This document shows positions 13,461 to 26,979 of a stretch of DNA of 64,000 bases, in pieces. The notes beneath the pieces are model-generated. The model saw only the letters and a list, made by a program, of their open reading frames with translations. It searched no databases and was not told the DNA's origin. The position numbers were made by a program, and so were the translations under genes. Within the stretch, counting starts at the first letter, position 1; each line of letters opens with the position of its first letter. Source of the stretch: Schmidtea nova (taxonomy: Eukaryota); NCBI GenBank assembly GCA_044892505.1, contig CM097882.1:184698001-184762000 (forward strand). The letters are read 5' to 3'.

Positions 13461-14237
13461 AAGCATTAGTTTTTGCGCTTTGTATTTTTGATTTATTTTA
13501 ATCTCATTTTTTAGACTCGAGTTCCCGTTGGTAATTTATTTATTTAATTCTCCATTTAGATTCATGCATTCGATCAACTAGTAACAGATTGTTATTTTCT
13601 TTTCAATACTGCTCCGAGTGTGAGTTGTTCTTTTTTGATTACTGGTACTCGTAATTCTATTTTTATTTTAATCTAATTAATTTCTACTTTATTTTCCTAG
13701 ATTCCATTGGCTCGGCATGGTCACATCTGTTCCAGTAATTGGGTTTCTTTTATTGATTTTTTTTATTATTTTATTCTAGGTTTTTTGTTGACGTTAGGTA
13801 ATTTATTTCTGATTACTTTAATTTGTATATTTATGATTTTATTTGTATAAATGTTTTGATCCTATTTGGCTATCTCAACAATTATTCTGTTTTTATCATA
13901 TAAAATTATTTTACAGAATTTAAAACATATCTCAGATACTTACTTACTTTAAAACTTATTTACTTTAAAAACTTATTTTATTTTAATAACTTCTTTTTAA
14001 AGACTTATTTACTTTTAAATAAAGTAAAAAATTAAAAACGAAAACATAAATTAATATATACATTTATTAAATGATAACAAAAATGACAACATATCAAAAA
14101 CTAAAATTACAACATACAAAAACTAAAATGTGAACACATAAAATCATTTAAATAATTCATTCAGCAATGTCCATATTATCATCTTTAAGATGGCATTCAT
14201 CGCAATTGGGAGATTCTAACAACTAATCCCATTGAGT

Positions 14238-14399
14238 CGACTGATCGCATTGAGGCAACTGATTGCATTGAGGCAACTGATCGCATTCAGGCGATTCATC
14301 GCATTCAGGCGATTCATCGCATTCAGGCGATTCATCGCATTCAGGCGATTCATCGCATTCAGGCGATTCATCGCATTCAGGCGATTCATCGCATTCAGG
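14238..14399. repeat. 18-bp minisatellite, 9 units (CGATTCATCGCATTCAGG)
   Basis: Six identical and three diverged units read directly. Confidence 0.95.
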
Positions 14400-15139
14400 C
14401 GGATATGGCCGATCGAGGGTTGGTGCCGGACAATCATTGCAATCTGTATTTTTATCAAATTTGGACGCTTTATCAGGAGTAGAATTTGGCCCTTGTGTCA
14501 GTTATTTTTCGTCTTCTTTTTGTTTTAGAGACTCCATCTAGAAATTTTTGAGAGCCCTCAATACCCAAATGCGGTATTTTTCTATTCTGTCCGTACAGTG
14601 CCCACATTGGTAAGCACAAAGAATGTGCTCTGCTATGAACGTTCACTTCAAATCCAAGTTGGCCAGGTGATCCAACAATATTTTATTGATATCAATCTCA
14701 GTGATTGATAATATTTTAATCGGGAGCGTCTTCAGGGCCGTGTAGATTAATTTTGACATCAGGGTTTGGAAACAGCTCCTCCTAAAAGAACTGCCATCAA
14801 TTTATCTAAAAAATAAATATTATAAAAATGAGAAATTTGAAACTTGAAACTTTTCCATATTTCACTAAAGTTGATTTCAAACACATTGTAAATTATAAAT
14901 GATTGTAAAATGTTCATTGTATTTATACTATAGAAACACACAAGAAAATGAAACACACAATCAACCAATCAGATTCGAGTATGCATAACATGTCTTTATT
15001 TAATAAATACACACTGAACCAATCAAAATCGTACAATTCTATTGCAGCTTTATTGCAATCATGAGTCACCCGATAATATGTAATCGACAAAGCCTTTATC
15101 TTCAATAATTGATTTTATATTCATAATTATATTATCAAC

Positions 15140-15506
15140 AATATTTAAATAATCCCTAGTTTTTAAACTATACCACTTGCAAATATATTAACACACATAG
15201 GATTATATTTTATATATTTCAAAGCTGGAAACAATTCTGGTTCGTAAACACATTCTATTGATTTAGCCAAATCATTGAAATTACAACTAAGTCTGCCGTT
15301 ACAGGAATTGATTGGATTGTTAAATCATAAAGCTTTACTTTTTCATCGCTAATAAATTCCTTGCATCCCATAATTCTAAATCCCCCGGTCTTAAAATATA
15401 TTATCGGATATTTATCCCTTCTATCAATAATTTGCTAAGGTTTCCCCTTTTGGAAATTCATGTGCGATACATCAGTCTTACCTATATAATTAATATTGCT
15501 AATCAT
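15140..15506 (-). pseudogene. TBP-like protein
   Basis: MISNINYIGK...KYPIIYFKTGGFRIMGCK...VYEPELFPALKYIKYNPMCVNIFASGIV* matches the TBP repeat motif YEPELFPGL...IFxSGK. Internal stops. Confidence 0.75.
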
Positions 15507-15608
15507 TAATGAAAATCTTTTAAATATGATAATAATAATGAAAACTATTATTTAAAATAAATATAATAAATAAATATAATATATTTAGAAATTATTAAAA
15601 TTAGAAAT

Positions 15609-16235
15609 ATGGAATTAAGAAATGATGTAGTGTTTCAAATTGTTGGCCCGAGCGGGAGTGGAAAAACTCTATTTGTTTGTAATTTATTACAATCAAAATG
15701 ATTCAAATCAAAGTTTAATCTATTGGCATAGGATAGCTGATGAAGAACCTGGAATGACTCAAGATCAATTTTGTAAAATTAAAATGACAATCATAAAATG
15801 TTTCGATAAAAACTAGTCATCTAGATTAAGAGAAGGGGATGTGATGTGATTATTATTGATCACTTGTATCAAGAAGGAAATAAAGAAAAGGATTTTAATA
15901 ATTTATTTACAAAAATCGTAAGACACAATGGTGTTACAGTTATTTTTATTACTCAGAATTTATTTCATCAGGGTGGCAGTCATCGAACTCGTAATTTGAA
16001 TGTTCAATATCTTGTTGTTTTTAAAAATCCCAGGTGCAACAGTTATTGATTTTTTTGCAAGACAAGCATACCCTTCTAATCGGAATTTCTTGATTGGTAG
16101 GTTTCAAGATGCTACAAAAGCTTCTCATGTATATCTTTTTCTTGATTTCACACAACAATATAGTGATGATTTAAGAGTTAAAACAGATATTTTTAAAAGG
16201 AAGGAGCCATGGTTTATAAACAAAGTTAATTTGAT
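15609..16235 (+). pseudogene. Polinton packaging ATPase (A32/FtsK-like)
   Basis: Walker A VGPSGSGKT; IIID; RHNGVTVIFITQNLF; VVFKNPR; YLFLDFTQ. Stops and frameshifts. Confidence 0.88.
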
Positions 16236-16463
16236 GTATATTATCATTTTACAGAATATTATTATTTTACAGAAACCATTTACAAAGAAAACAAAGAAAC
16301 CAGTTTCAAAAACCAGGTATACCAATCTAAAAAATTATTTATAATCATTTATATTCATAAGATTAATCGTATTCAAAATACTATAAAACCAAAACCAAAA
16401 CAAATAGATCATCGTAGTTTCCCATTTTTAATATTTTTAATATAATAACTTAATATTATAAGA

Positions 16464-16718
16464 ATGTGTATTTTACAATCGTTTCGTAATTACATTATTT
16501 ACGATTTACTAATGATTTTAATAAAAGTTGTTAAAGATAAAATCGATATAAGTGAATCAAAAAGAACGGTTTTGAACAAACACAAGAAACCATTGTTATC
16601 ACTTGTAAAAATAAAAAATATAAAAATAATGCGTAAAATAACATATAAACAACAAGGAGGATTTATTGCAGCATCATCACGATTGGGAGGTACCGGTTTA
16701 TTCAGAAAACGGTCATAA
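16464..16718 (+). pseudogene. Small Polinton ORF (basic, QxGGF motif)
   Basis: KHKKPLLSLV...RKITYKQQGGFIAA, a pattern recalled from Polinton accessory ORFs; lies between ATPase and integrase. Confidence 0.5.
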
Positions 16719-16858
16719 ACAATGGAACGATCATTGCGTAATCTTAATTTGAACTTTAAATTTTCTTGTTGAAATGGAGAAGAGATGGATGAACCCAAAA
16801 GACGAAGTCGGTTTCGGCGAAGTCGAAAAGCTAAACAAAAAAGTATCTGTAATGTTCT

Positions 16859-17806
16859 CAATGCGTGTGTCTTATTTTCCCTTATATTTTGTTCCCCCCC
16901 CCCCACTTTTTGTTTTCCGTTATATTATAGTTTTATTAAAATTTTATTTAAAAGTTTAAATTTTGCTTTCTATAGTAAATAACTATAGAAAGCAAATTGA
17001 CAATTAAATTAAATCGATAATTTGAATAAATAATTTTATAAACCCAATTACCTACTCGTGCAGGAGTTAGAAAATCTTAAATCCATTTTTAAAGGAAAAC
17101 GAGTTGCAGAAATTTCCCTTTTGTCAAATCTAACAACAATCTCAAATCCATTTTTAAAGGAAAACGAGTTGCTGAAATTCCCCTTTTGTCAACTCTAACA
17201 ACAATCTTAAATCCACCTTAAAGAAGAACTATTGTGAGAAACTTAAAATTTAACAATAATCTCAAAACCATTTTTTAAGAAAAACGAGTTGCAGAAACTT
17301 CCCATTTGTCAAACCTAACAACAATCTTAAATCCATCTTAAAGAAGAACTATTAAAAACGATTTGCATAAACTTCCCATTGCCAAATTTTAACAACTATC
17401 TTAATTCCAAACAATTTAATACAAGTAACTTTTCGTGGTTCTAAAGTTTTTCTTTTAGAAACATTTTCTGTTAAATATAATTTGCATAATATTTATTTTG
17501 TTAAGTTATTTATTTATTTGTTTGTGTTAATATTGTATCTAAACAGCACTTATTATGCACGCACACACACAAAAGGATATACGCATACACCCCGAGTGTC
17601 CCTACACAAATCGCTGACTCTCTCGGTCTCGTCAATAATTTTCTCTTCTACACAAAACTACATAATAAATAATATTATTTAACAAACATTGACAATGCGT
17701 GTGTCTTATTTTCCCTTATATTTTGTTCCCCCCACTTTTTGTTTTCCGTTATATTACAGTTTTATTAAAATTTAATTTAAAAGTTTAAATTTTGCTTTCT
17801 ATAGTA
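16859..17806. repeat. ~115-bp direct repeats (16859-16977, 17693-17806) enclosing ~85-100-bp tandem units and an LTR-like segment
   Basis: Near-identical CAATGCGTGTGTCTTATTTTCCC...CTATAGTA at both sites. Units AATCTTAAATCCAT..GAAAACGAGTTGCAGAAA at 17073-17400. Confidence 0.8.
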
Positions 17807-17829
17807 TCGAATTCGAAAAAAACAGACTC

Positions 17830-18450
17830 AAAGTTGGTTATCGGGGCAACTTGCATACAGTCTAAACAAACCGATAGTGAAAAGGTTTCCGACACGAGCA
17901 CATAAAACATATAGAAGTAATGATTTGTGGCAAATGGATTTGATGGAAATGATTCCGTATTCAAAAATTAACAATGGATAAAAGTATATTTTAACATGTA
18001 TTGATGTTTACAGTCATTTTTCTCGAGTTATTCTAGTTAAATCCAAATCTGTTAATGATATGGCAATTGCAATCAAAACAATGTTCAAAAGTGGACGTCC
18101 AAATAATTTCCAAATTATTTCTTAATTATTTATTTTGGCAAAAAATTTTACAAAATTTAAGTCAAGGAAATTCTAAAGAGAATCAATCATTACTCGGTAT
18201 TCTCGCAATTCAAAGCAACCTACGTCGAAAGATTTAATCGTACCTTGAGAGATCGTCTCAAAAAGTATTTTGTGCATCAAGGGAATAAAACATGGATTAA
18301 TGTTTTACCCCAAATGATTCATAGTTATAATCATTCTGCTCATCGATTTATAAATGGAAATAAACCTGCTGAAGTAGTTGATTCTGAAAATATTTTGAGT
18401 GATACAAAAATAAAGACACCTAAATATAAAATAGGTGATCATGTTTAAAT
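17830..18450 (+). pseudogene. Polinton retroviral-like integrase
   Basis: WQMDLMEM, KYILTCIDVYS, VERFNRTLRDRLKKYF...WINVLPQMIHSYNHSAH. Confidence 0.9.
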
Positions 18451-18488
18451 TAATAAAATTAGTGCATCACCATTCCTTAAACAATCGA

Positions 18489-19290
18489 ATGAAAGGTCAT
18501 GGAACTATATTTGAAGAATAATTTGCGGTAAATCTAAATTATGCCTTTTTGATCGACCATCTCTCCAAGAAGTTATTGAATATGGGGTGTTTGAAGATGT
18601 ATTTCCAATGAATTTTATTACAGATAGTAGAATGGATGTGGAATTTTACATTGACAGTTCTCAAACAGAATATTTAGATTTGAACGATACTTTATTATCC
18701 GTTACTGTTAAAGTTGTAGATAAAGTTAAAATAAATTAGCTGATGCGAATGATGTAGTACCTAATAATTACTTGTTTCATACTCTTTTCAAAGATGCAAT
18801 TCTTGGATTTAATAATATAAAAGTTGAGGGTGGAAACAATACATACGCACACAAGGCAATTATCGAAACTATTTTAAATTATTCGAGTGTTGCAAAAGAA
18901 ACTTGTCATACTCCAATGGGATATGGTGCATCTGAAGATAGAAAAAAAGTGGATTAAAGGATCGAAACTTTTCAACATGTGTTCATCATTACAACTAGAT
19001 TTTATGGATCAACCTAAATATTTACTTCCCGGAGTTAATGTACATATTAGATTGAAGTGATCTGATCCTGCATTATCATTGACATCTACAGCTGGGAAAC
19101 CAATAATATAATTAATAAATGCAAAATTAATGGTTCGAAAAGTTCGATGAGAATATTCAGTATTTGCTGGACATCAAATTGGGTTAAATGACAAACATGC
19201 AATTTATCCGATAAAATCAAAAGAAATTGTATCTTTTGCAATCGGTAAAGAGACATCATCATTTTTCAAGGAGCAAATATTTGGAGATAG
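18489..19290 (+). pseudogene. Polinton major capsid protein (PY) N-terminal part
   Basis: VEFYI..SQTEYLDLNDTLL, PNNYLFHTLFKD, YAHKAIIETILNY, DFMDQPKYLLPGVNVHIRL, AKLMVRKV. Confidence 0.82.
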
Positions 19291-19529
19291 AATTTGTTTT
19301 AGATATTTTAAAGTTTTTGATTAAAGTTTTTAAAGTTATGGGTTAAAGATTTATTAGTTCGTTTAGTTTAAACTTTTTTAAAAGTTTTATTTTTAAAAGT
19401 ATTATTATTATTACTTACACTTGTACATTTAAATTTCTTTACACTCGTTCTTGATACATTTAGATCGCAATGTCTTTGTTCTTCTTGCATCTCCATTGCC
19501 TTGTCTTTGTTTAAGTTTGCATATGGATT

Positions 19530-20700
19530 GCAATGATTCCTCATGTTGTTTATCTGGATTGATTTTATTTTCCCGTAATGTTACCATTCCAACAGGAACA
19601 ATTACAATTAAATTTAAATTCCAAGTTCGCTAAAAAATCCAAAATAAATCAGCTAAACAAAATCAAAACCGCCCATTACATAAATCAAATTAGCCCAGAT
19701 AAACAAATCAATGTCGTTATTAAGTTTTTTAATAATTCATAATTAAAGTTTTTTAAAGTTATCCAAAATTACAAAATTAATTCTCATAAAAATAAATCAA
19801 ATTTTTAGAATTCCAATTTTTGGTTGCAATAATCCAACGTCAAATAAATAAAATTTTCGTTTCGTAATTTGCTTGCTATATCAAAATTACTTTCATTATT
19901 TTCATTTAGCTGATTCACATTTCCCTCATTTTCTAAAAGCATTTTAATGATTGATTGATAGCTCTCAAAATCGGCAGATAATGATTCCTCGTGTTGCTTA
20001 TCTGGATTGATTTATTTTCCCGTAATGTGACCATTTCAACAGGAACTAATATTCCTAATTTAGGTTTACATAAAAACAACCTTTGAAAAGAAAATGTTCC
20101 ATCTGTTCCATCATTGATAGGAAAATTTAGCTTAATTCCATAAAGATATTTCAAATTGACGGAATATCCAGACCAAGCAATTGTTCCATAGAGCTTCTCA
20201 ATTTGATTACTCGATGTCATGCGATAAAACTTTACTGACGAGTTGGTATTAATGTTTTTAGACGTTTTTAATTAGTTAGGAATAACTGATTCGGTACAAT
20301 TTGACACAATATTAACATTTGTAACAGGAGTAAATACTCCTTATTTCGATCTCGTTTCAAAGTTGTTTTTGTAGTCTAACTTTCCAGAATTACCAAATCT
20401 GTACGGTTCATCAAGATCGATCCCAACACAATCAATGCGATTAATTTTTCCTAACCATTTGACTTTTCCTAGCATGCTCGTTCGACCATTTGCAGTCTTA
20501 AGAAAAGTTGTCACTCTTTTTCCTATTTCCAATTCACCGATTTGATTGCATAATTCTTTAGAGGATCTCCAAAGATTATCAACGTCGATAAATTGATCTT
20601 CTATGAAAGGTAACATTAAGTACATACAATTTTCATTATTGTCCATTTCTACAGGTATATAGCTACATATACCACCAATTCTGATCAATTCATGCTAATT
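19530..20700 (-). pseudogene. CAP-Gly domain fragments, CYLD-like
   Basis: GKVKWLGK..CVGIDLDEP...FETRSK*GVFTPV and LYGTIAWSG..YGIKL..GTDGTF..RLFLCKPKLGILVP. 19530-19610 duplicates ~19980-20060. Confidence 0.7.
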
Positions 20701-21524
20701 TCTTAATAAACTTAAACATAAATTAATTATAGAATTATTGATAAGACCGTCTAACGGCTTCCAGGCTCGCCCCACAATCCCTCACATCAATCAAGCTCCG
20801 CAATTAATTATTTTAGTTTTTATTTAATTAATTTTTAAATACTTTATTAAGCGGGTATGACCTTCAAACTCACCATCAAAAGTCCTTCTGAATNNNNNNN
20901 NNNNNNNNNNNNNNNNNNNNNNNNNNNNNNNNNNNNNNNNNNNNNNNNNNNNNNNNNNNNNNNNNNNNNNNNNNNNNNNNNNNNNNNNNNNNNNNNNNNN
21001 NNNNNNNNNNNNNNNNNNNNNNNNNNNNCTTTAGAATGAGTAAATCTTCTTCTGTAATTTGTTCTGTAATTTGTTCTGTAATTTGTTTCGCTATAATTAA
21101 AAAGGTAAGTATAGGATGAGTTTAGGATTTATCTTCTTAGGATAATTCTTATGATAATCTTCTTCTGTAATTTGTTCTGTAATTGCCTTTTTTAATTTAT
21201 TTCCAACAATAGTTTATTTTGTTCATAAAAAATCGATCTCTTTAATTTGTCTTGACAATTTCTTTAGTTTATTTAATTGTCATTGGCGATTTTTAATTCT
21301 AATTATTTTATTGATTTGTTTTTTAAACTTATTTTTTTGCAATTTCTGTATGCAGATTCTAAATAAATAAAAAGGGGGTTTAACGGGTGTCCGCAAGGAC
21401 GCCCCTACTAATAAAAGCGTTAACAAAATTAATAATAATAATAATGACAACAAAAATAATAAAAATAACAATATTATATAACATTTGCAATGGGAATCAT
21501 GGGAATCAAATGGGAAACATTTAC

Positions 21525-24153
21525 ATAACTTCCCTCTTTAAAACCGGAGGTTACAATCACGATATGAATGGATTTTTACACCTTTTTTACATTGGGGATA
21601 ACAAACGAAAAACGGTTAAGTATTTAGTCATTAAATATTTACAATACTCATATTTGTATGTGTTTGTTATGTAAGTTGTTTGGTGTTTTGTTGCGTACTA
21701 CATTATAACAATAAAACAAAATATAAAACTTTACATTGAGATATGTTTGCCTGCTATGTAGTGTTGTGTTGTTTGAGGCATTGGCTGTAAAGCTTTTTGT
21801 ATGGTGTGATAATCGCGTTTTTGTTGAATTCTTTTATTCTGTTTCTGCTGTTGAATGTTATATGCTTTTTCTTTATTTGGGTTTCGTTGTGTGAAGGGTT
21901 GCATGGGGGTGATGCATGGAGGTTGTTGATTGTGGTTATATGGTTTGGTTCTACGCATATTAATTCTTATTTTGTTGTTGTCTTTTATTATTGTGACCAC
22001 GTTTTTGTTGATTTCGAGTATTTTGAATGGGCCTTCGTATTCGTCTTCGAAACCTTTTGTGTATGGCTTCTTTATTAGTAAGTAATCGGTTGTTAGTATT
22101 ATCTTGCCATCGTTCTCTGAGTTTGGTCTCTTTTTCAGTATTCCTTTTAATTTGTTTTCGATGTTTTGACTGTTTTTAGTTGTTATTTGTTTGTTTATTT
22201 CTTCGTTGTTTTTTAAGTTTGCTTGCTCGTCGAAAGTTACTGGTGCGATAAGTTTGTCGACATTTTCCAGTAGTGTATTTATTTCTGGGCCATGATTCAG
22301 TTTTTGTTTTGATTTATAGTTTATTGGACCCATTTGGATAACACCAATGTCTATTTTTGAATTTGTTGTCGCCATGGTTTTGACGATTTCTTTGTTTGTG
22401 TTTGTGTTTTCCGTTAGTGTTTTATTTCGGCAGTCTACTGTGAGGTTGTAGTGTGCCAGAAAGTCAGCTCCTATTATGGATTGTTGAACATCAGCGATTA
22501 TAAATGTCCAGCTGTATTTCTTTGAATTGATTGTCAAGGTTAGGGTGTGTTCACCAAATGTTTTTATGTTTGTGTCATTGGCTGCAGTTAAATGTTTTTC
22601 TGCGTTTTTGTATTTTTGTTAAGGTAATGTGAAAATAAGGATACGTTTGTGTTTGTTTCATCGAATGAAGGAGCAACTAATGGCAAACTTTTCAATTTTT
22701 CTGAGTTGTTTTGGTTATTTCTGCATGGTTTTGTGCATTTGAATATCTTTTCTCCAAATTTGCTATGGAAGTAACACCATTCTTGGTTTGATAATCTTAT
22801 TTCTGGTTTCCAGAATTTTTGTTTATTTCCAGTTTCTTTGTTTTTATGGTTGTAAAAGTCTTGGTGTTGATTTCCTGAGTTTGGCTTCGGCCTATTGAGC
22901 CTATACGCTGTTTAATTTGGACCGTAACTTTGTTTTAAGTTCTTTTCTTTAATTTCGTTCAGTTCTTATTTGTACCTTTTATTTTTATTTGCGATTTTGT
23001 CTAGTTGATTTATTAATTTAGTAAGAATTTTGTTTGTTTCGCAAAGTTCTGTTCTTTCGTTTTCTTCTTCGTCTTGTTCATGGTTAGGAATTTTGTTTTG
23101 GTAGTCATGAGTGCTATTAATGCTGGGGTAAGGTCCTGCATTTGTTTTATTGACAATGTCTGTCCATTTTTTATTTTCAGTTTCATTATTTTTAGTTGCT
23201 AATGTTTGACATGATCTCTGTTCATTTACGTCAAAGTTTGCTAATTTTGTTTGGACGTACTCCAAATTCTGTTTTAGTGGATTTGAAAAATTATTTTGGA
23301 TATTATCCTTTTGCCTGTTGTTTGTGAATGATTCTTGTAATTCTTTTTTGTTTGTTTCGTCCCTATTTGCTAATATGCTGCACAGTTTTTCAAATGGGTT
23401 ATTGCTATTGAAAATCTTGCCTTTTTGATGAGCAAATGTTTCGCGTATATTGCTTGGGAGTGCCGATAATATTTGTGAGCATATTAGTCTTGATGAGGTA
23501 ATACCGCTCAAAGTTAATGACAATTTGGCTATTTTTAACCATGCTTGCACTGAACTTTCTTCGTTGATAAAAAATTTGGGATTTGGTTAATCATGGGATT
23601 GGTTTTTATGCTTTTAAAATTATTTATATTCTTGTGTTGTTTTATTTGCTTTGTGAAAACAATTTGAGTGTAGTAAAAGAATATGACCTACTGTGTTCGG
23701 TCAAAAGATCTCACCTTCCTTTATAGTTCTATAATAACTATGCTAAAAGGAAAGGTGATTTGAAAAAAAATCGTCAAATGTGTGTTTTAATGTTTTTTTC
23801 CTTCTGACACCAGTTATTATGTTGTGATAAAATGTTTTCGTTATTGATAGTTGTGATGAAATGTTTTTGTTATTGATAGTTATGTTGTAAATGAATGAAA
23901 GTTGGGTAAAAGAGATACTGTAGAGACCGAAAGTGTCCTCCAAAATTATGTGGAGACAGTCGGGGTGTATGCTTATATACTTTTGTGTGTGTGCATGCAT
24001 GTGTATATAGAATATGCTGTTTAAAGACAAAAATAACACAACAAAATAAATAAATATTGTAACGAATTAATTATTATACACATTTCTATTTAGAAGAAAA
24101 TGTTTTTAAAATGACTTTAAAACCACGAAAAGTTACTTGTGTTATATTGCTTT
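21525..24153 (-). mobile_element. Internally deleted Gypsy (CsRn1-like) element
   Basis: PBS, gag (22966-23550), CHCC knuckle WCYFHSKFGEKIFKCTKPC (~22720-22780), protease IIGADFL fused in one ORF to integrase C-terminal YEGPFKI, PPT TAAAGAGGGAAG before TGT. Confidence 0.8.
23801..23812 (-). promoter_or_regulatory. Primer-binding site (tRNA-Leu-like)
   Basis: TGGTGTCAGAAG is complementary to the ...CTTCTGACACCA 3' end of metazoan tRNA-Leu. Confidence 0.7.
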
Positions 24154-26724
24154 ATTGTTAGTAGAGTAGGGGGAGCGCCCAAGAACAGGAACAGACCGCC
24201 CCCCCCAAAAAAATTTTTAACCCCCCCCATATAAAATTTTTTTAACCCCCCCCCTAAAAAAATTTTTAATTTTTAATTTTGTTTAAATGAAGTGAATTTT
24301 TAAATTTATATTTTTTGTTTAAATGAAGTCAATTTAATTTTATTATTTTNNNNNNNNNNNNNNNNNNNNNNNNNNNNNNNNNNNNNNNNNNNNNNNNNNN
24401 NNNNNNNNNNNNNNNNNNNNNNNNNNNNNNNNNNNNNNNNNNNNNNNNNNNNNNNNNNNNNNNNNNNNNNNNNNNNNNNNNNNNNNNNNNNNNNNNNNNN
24501 NNNNNNNNNNNNNNNNNNNNNNNNNNNNNNNNNNNNNNNNNNNNNNNNNNNNNNNNNNNNNNNNNNNNNNNNNNNNNNNNNNNNNNNNNNNNNNNNNNNN
24601 NNNNNNNTTATTAATTTATTTTAATTTTTTGAATACAATATTTTGATCTGGTTATTTTTGTATAGGATTTTCTACTCCGAGATTTTCTAGGGCAAAAAGG
24701 GCCTCTGGGTTTTTTGTACAGGAGTTTTTGTATAGGATTTTTGTTCTGGATTTTTGAATACAATATTTTGGTCTGGTATTTTTTGTATAGGATTTTTAGT
24801 CCTATTATTTTGAATAGGATTTTCAACTCCCATATTTTTCTCAGGCAAAAAGGGACTCTGATAATTTTTAACTGTAATTTTATTGCTAAATAAAAGACGT
24901 GTAAATTTTTTAAACAAGTAAATTATCGTTAAAGTATTTTGAATAGGATTTTCTACTCCCAGATATTTTCTAGGGCAAAAATAAACTCTGATAATTTTGA
25001 ACTGAAATTTTTATGGTAAATAAAAAACACGTGTAAATTTTTTAAACAAGTAAATTATCATTAAAGTATTTTGATTAGGATTTTCTACTCCCAGATATTT
25101 TCTAGGGTAAAAATAGACTCTGGTAATTTTGAACTGAAATATATATTTTAATGCTAAATAAAAGACACGTGTAAATTTTTTAAACAAGTAAATTATCATT
25201 AAAGTATTTTGTATATGATTTTCAACTCCCAGATATTTTCTAGGGCAAAAAATAGACTCTGATAATTTTGAACTGAAATTTTATTGGTAAATAAAAAACA
25301 CGTGTAAATTTTTTAAACTAGTAAAATACATTGAATTTATTTTGAATAGGATTTTCAATTCCCACATTTTTCTCGGGCAAAAAGGGACTCTGGTAATTTT
25401 GAATATGATTTTTGATCTTGATTTTTGTATAGGATTTTTAGTCTGGTATTTTTGAAAATAATATTTTGGTCGGGGAAAATTAAAAAGTGGTCAGAATTCA
25501 ATAATTTCTATATCAATCTACTGAGAATTGAAAGACAAACAATAATGGTCAAAAAATTAAGAAACATGAAAAATTGATCTTTTCCGATCCAATTTTTACA
25601 CGTAAAAGGTCAACTCGGGGAATTTCCAAAAAATCAAAAATGCTCAGAATTCAATAATTTTTATACCAATCTACTGAGAATTGAAAAGCGAACAATAAAG
25701 GTCAAAAAATTAAAATCATGAAAAAATCAAAATTTTATACGGGAAATGACAGTCTCAGTAAAAAAGGGTAAAGTACATAAAAACGTGGAAATATTTAAAA
25801 TAAAAATTTTTAAACTAAATAATTAAATCTAAATAAATTTATGATAATTAAATAAAAAAGTAAATAAATTCTATACAAATTTCAAAACTCAGTAAATAAT
25901 TCACTCATTATTTTGTATTGAATTTATCAAGTAAAATGGTACATTAAATAAAAAAGTAAATAAATTTTATACGAATTTCAAAACTCAGTAAATAATTCAC
26001 TCATTATTTTGTATTGAATTTATCAAGTAAAATGGTACATTAAATAAAAGCATGGAAATAATAAGTAAATTAAACTTAGAATTTAAAAATAATTTGTACT
26101 GGATTTATGAAAAATGGCAAAGTAAATAAATTAAAGATTGAATTTTAAAAATAATTATGAATTTAATGATAAATAGAATTATAAGTAAATTAAGAATAAA
26201 AAAGTAATTAAGAAAGACGTGAGTTTTAATGTCATAATTTTAAAATGAATTGGTTTTAAAGGAACTTTTTAAGGTAATATTTGAAAAATGTGAGAATAAT
26301 TAATTATTTTTGAAATTTTTTAAAGTAAAATTTTTTAACAGTAAAGTCAATGTAGAATTTTTTATCAATAAAATCAATAAAAATTTTTTAATTAATAAAT
26401 TTCAAAGTAAACATTTTTTCGAAAGTAAATATTTTTCACAAGTAAAGTTTTTAACTAATAAATACAAATCTAATTGTTTTTCAATATGTTGTTTTTTAAG
26501 GAAATGATCAAATAACAACAAATAAATGTAGTAAATAAAACATATGTAATTATTGAATTTATTTAGAATAAAAATAGTTATTAAACAAGAGTTGTTACAA
26601 TTTTGTATACTAAGTTAAAAAATATCGATTAATAACATAAATTTTTAAAAAATAAACGTAATAATTAAAAATATGGGAACAAGTAAATAATAATTATAAT
26701 AATTATAATTATAATAATAATAAT

Positions 26725-26757
<33 letters not shown>

Positions 26758-26979
26758 AAGTAACGTCTATCAATCAATCTAAGTACCAACAATAAACCGA
26801 TCAACTAACTAATAATCTCATTACACACACAAATAAACCACTGACTAGTAACTGATCAAATGCCAACTGACTCTATCCACAAATCATCAATCAACTAGTT
26901 ACTTACAAGTTACCAACTGACTCTATATATTAACCAACTAGGAAATTGTTCCATGTGACAATCACTTCCTATTGCCTAT

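Larger units (their letters stand above)
14760..21409 (+). mobile_element. Decayed Polinton/Maverick (left end not found)
   Basis: ATPase, integrase and capsid remnants. Candidate right terminus ...GACGCCCCTACT (21409) resembles the ends at 24160 and 34553. pPolB not seen. Confidence 0.8.

Noticed and set aside
14216-14528. Repetitive ORFs (RLNAMN / RFIAFR)
   Set aside because: Translations of the 18-bp minisatellite.
24611-25199. Lys-rich ORFs mirrored at 33009-34139
   Set aside because: By-products of AT-rich TIR subrepeats; no protein-like conservation.
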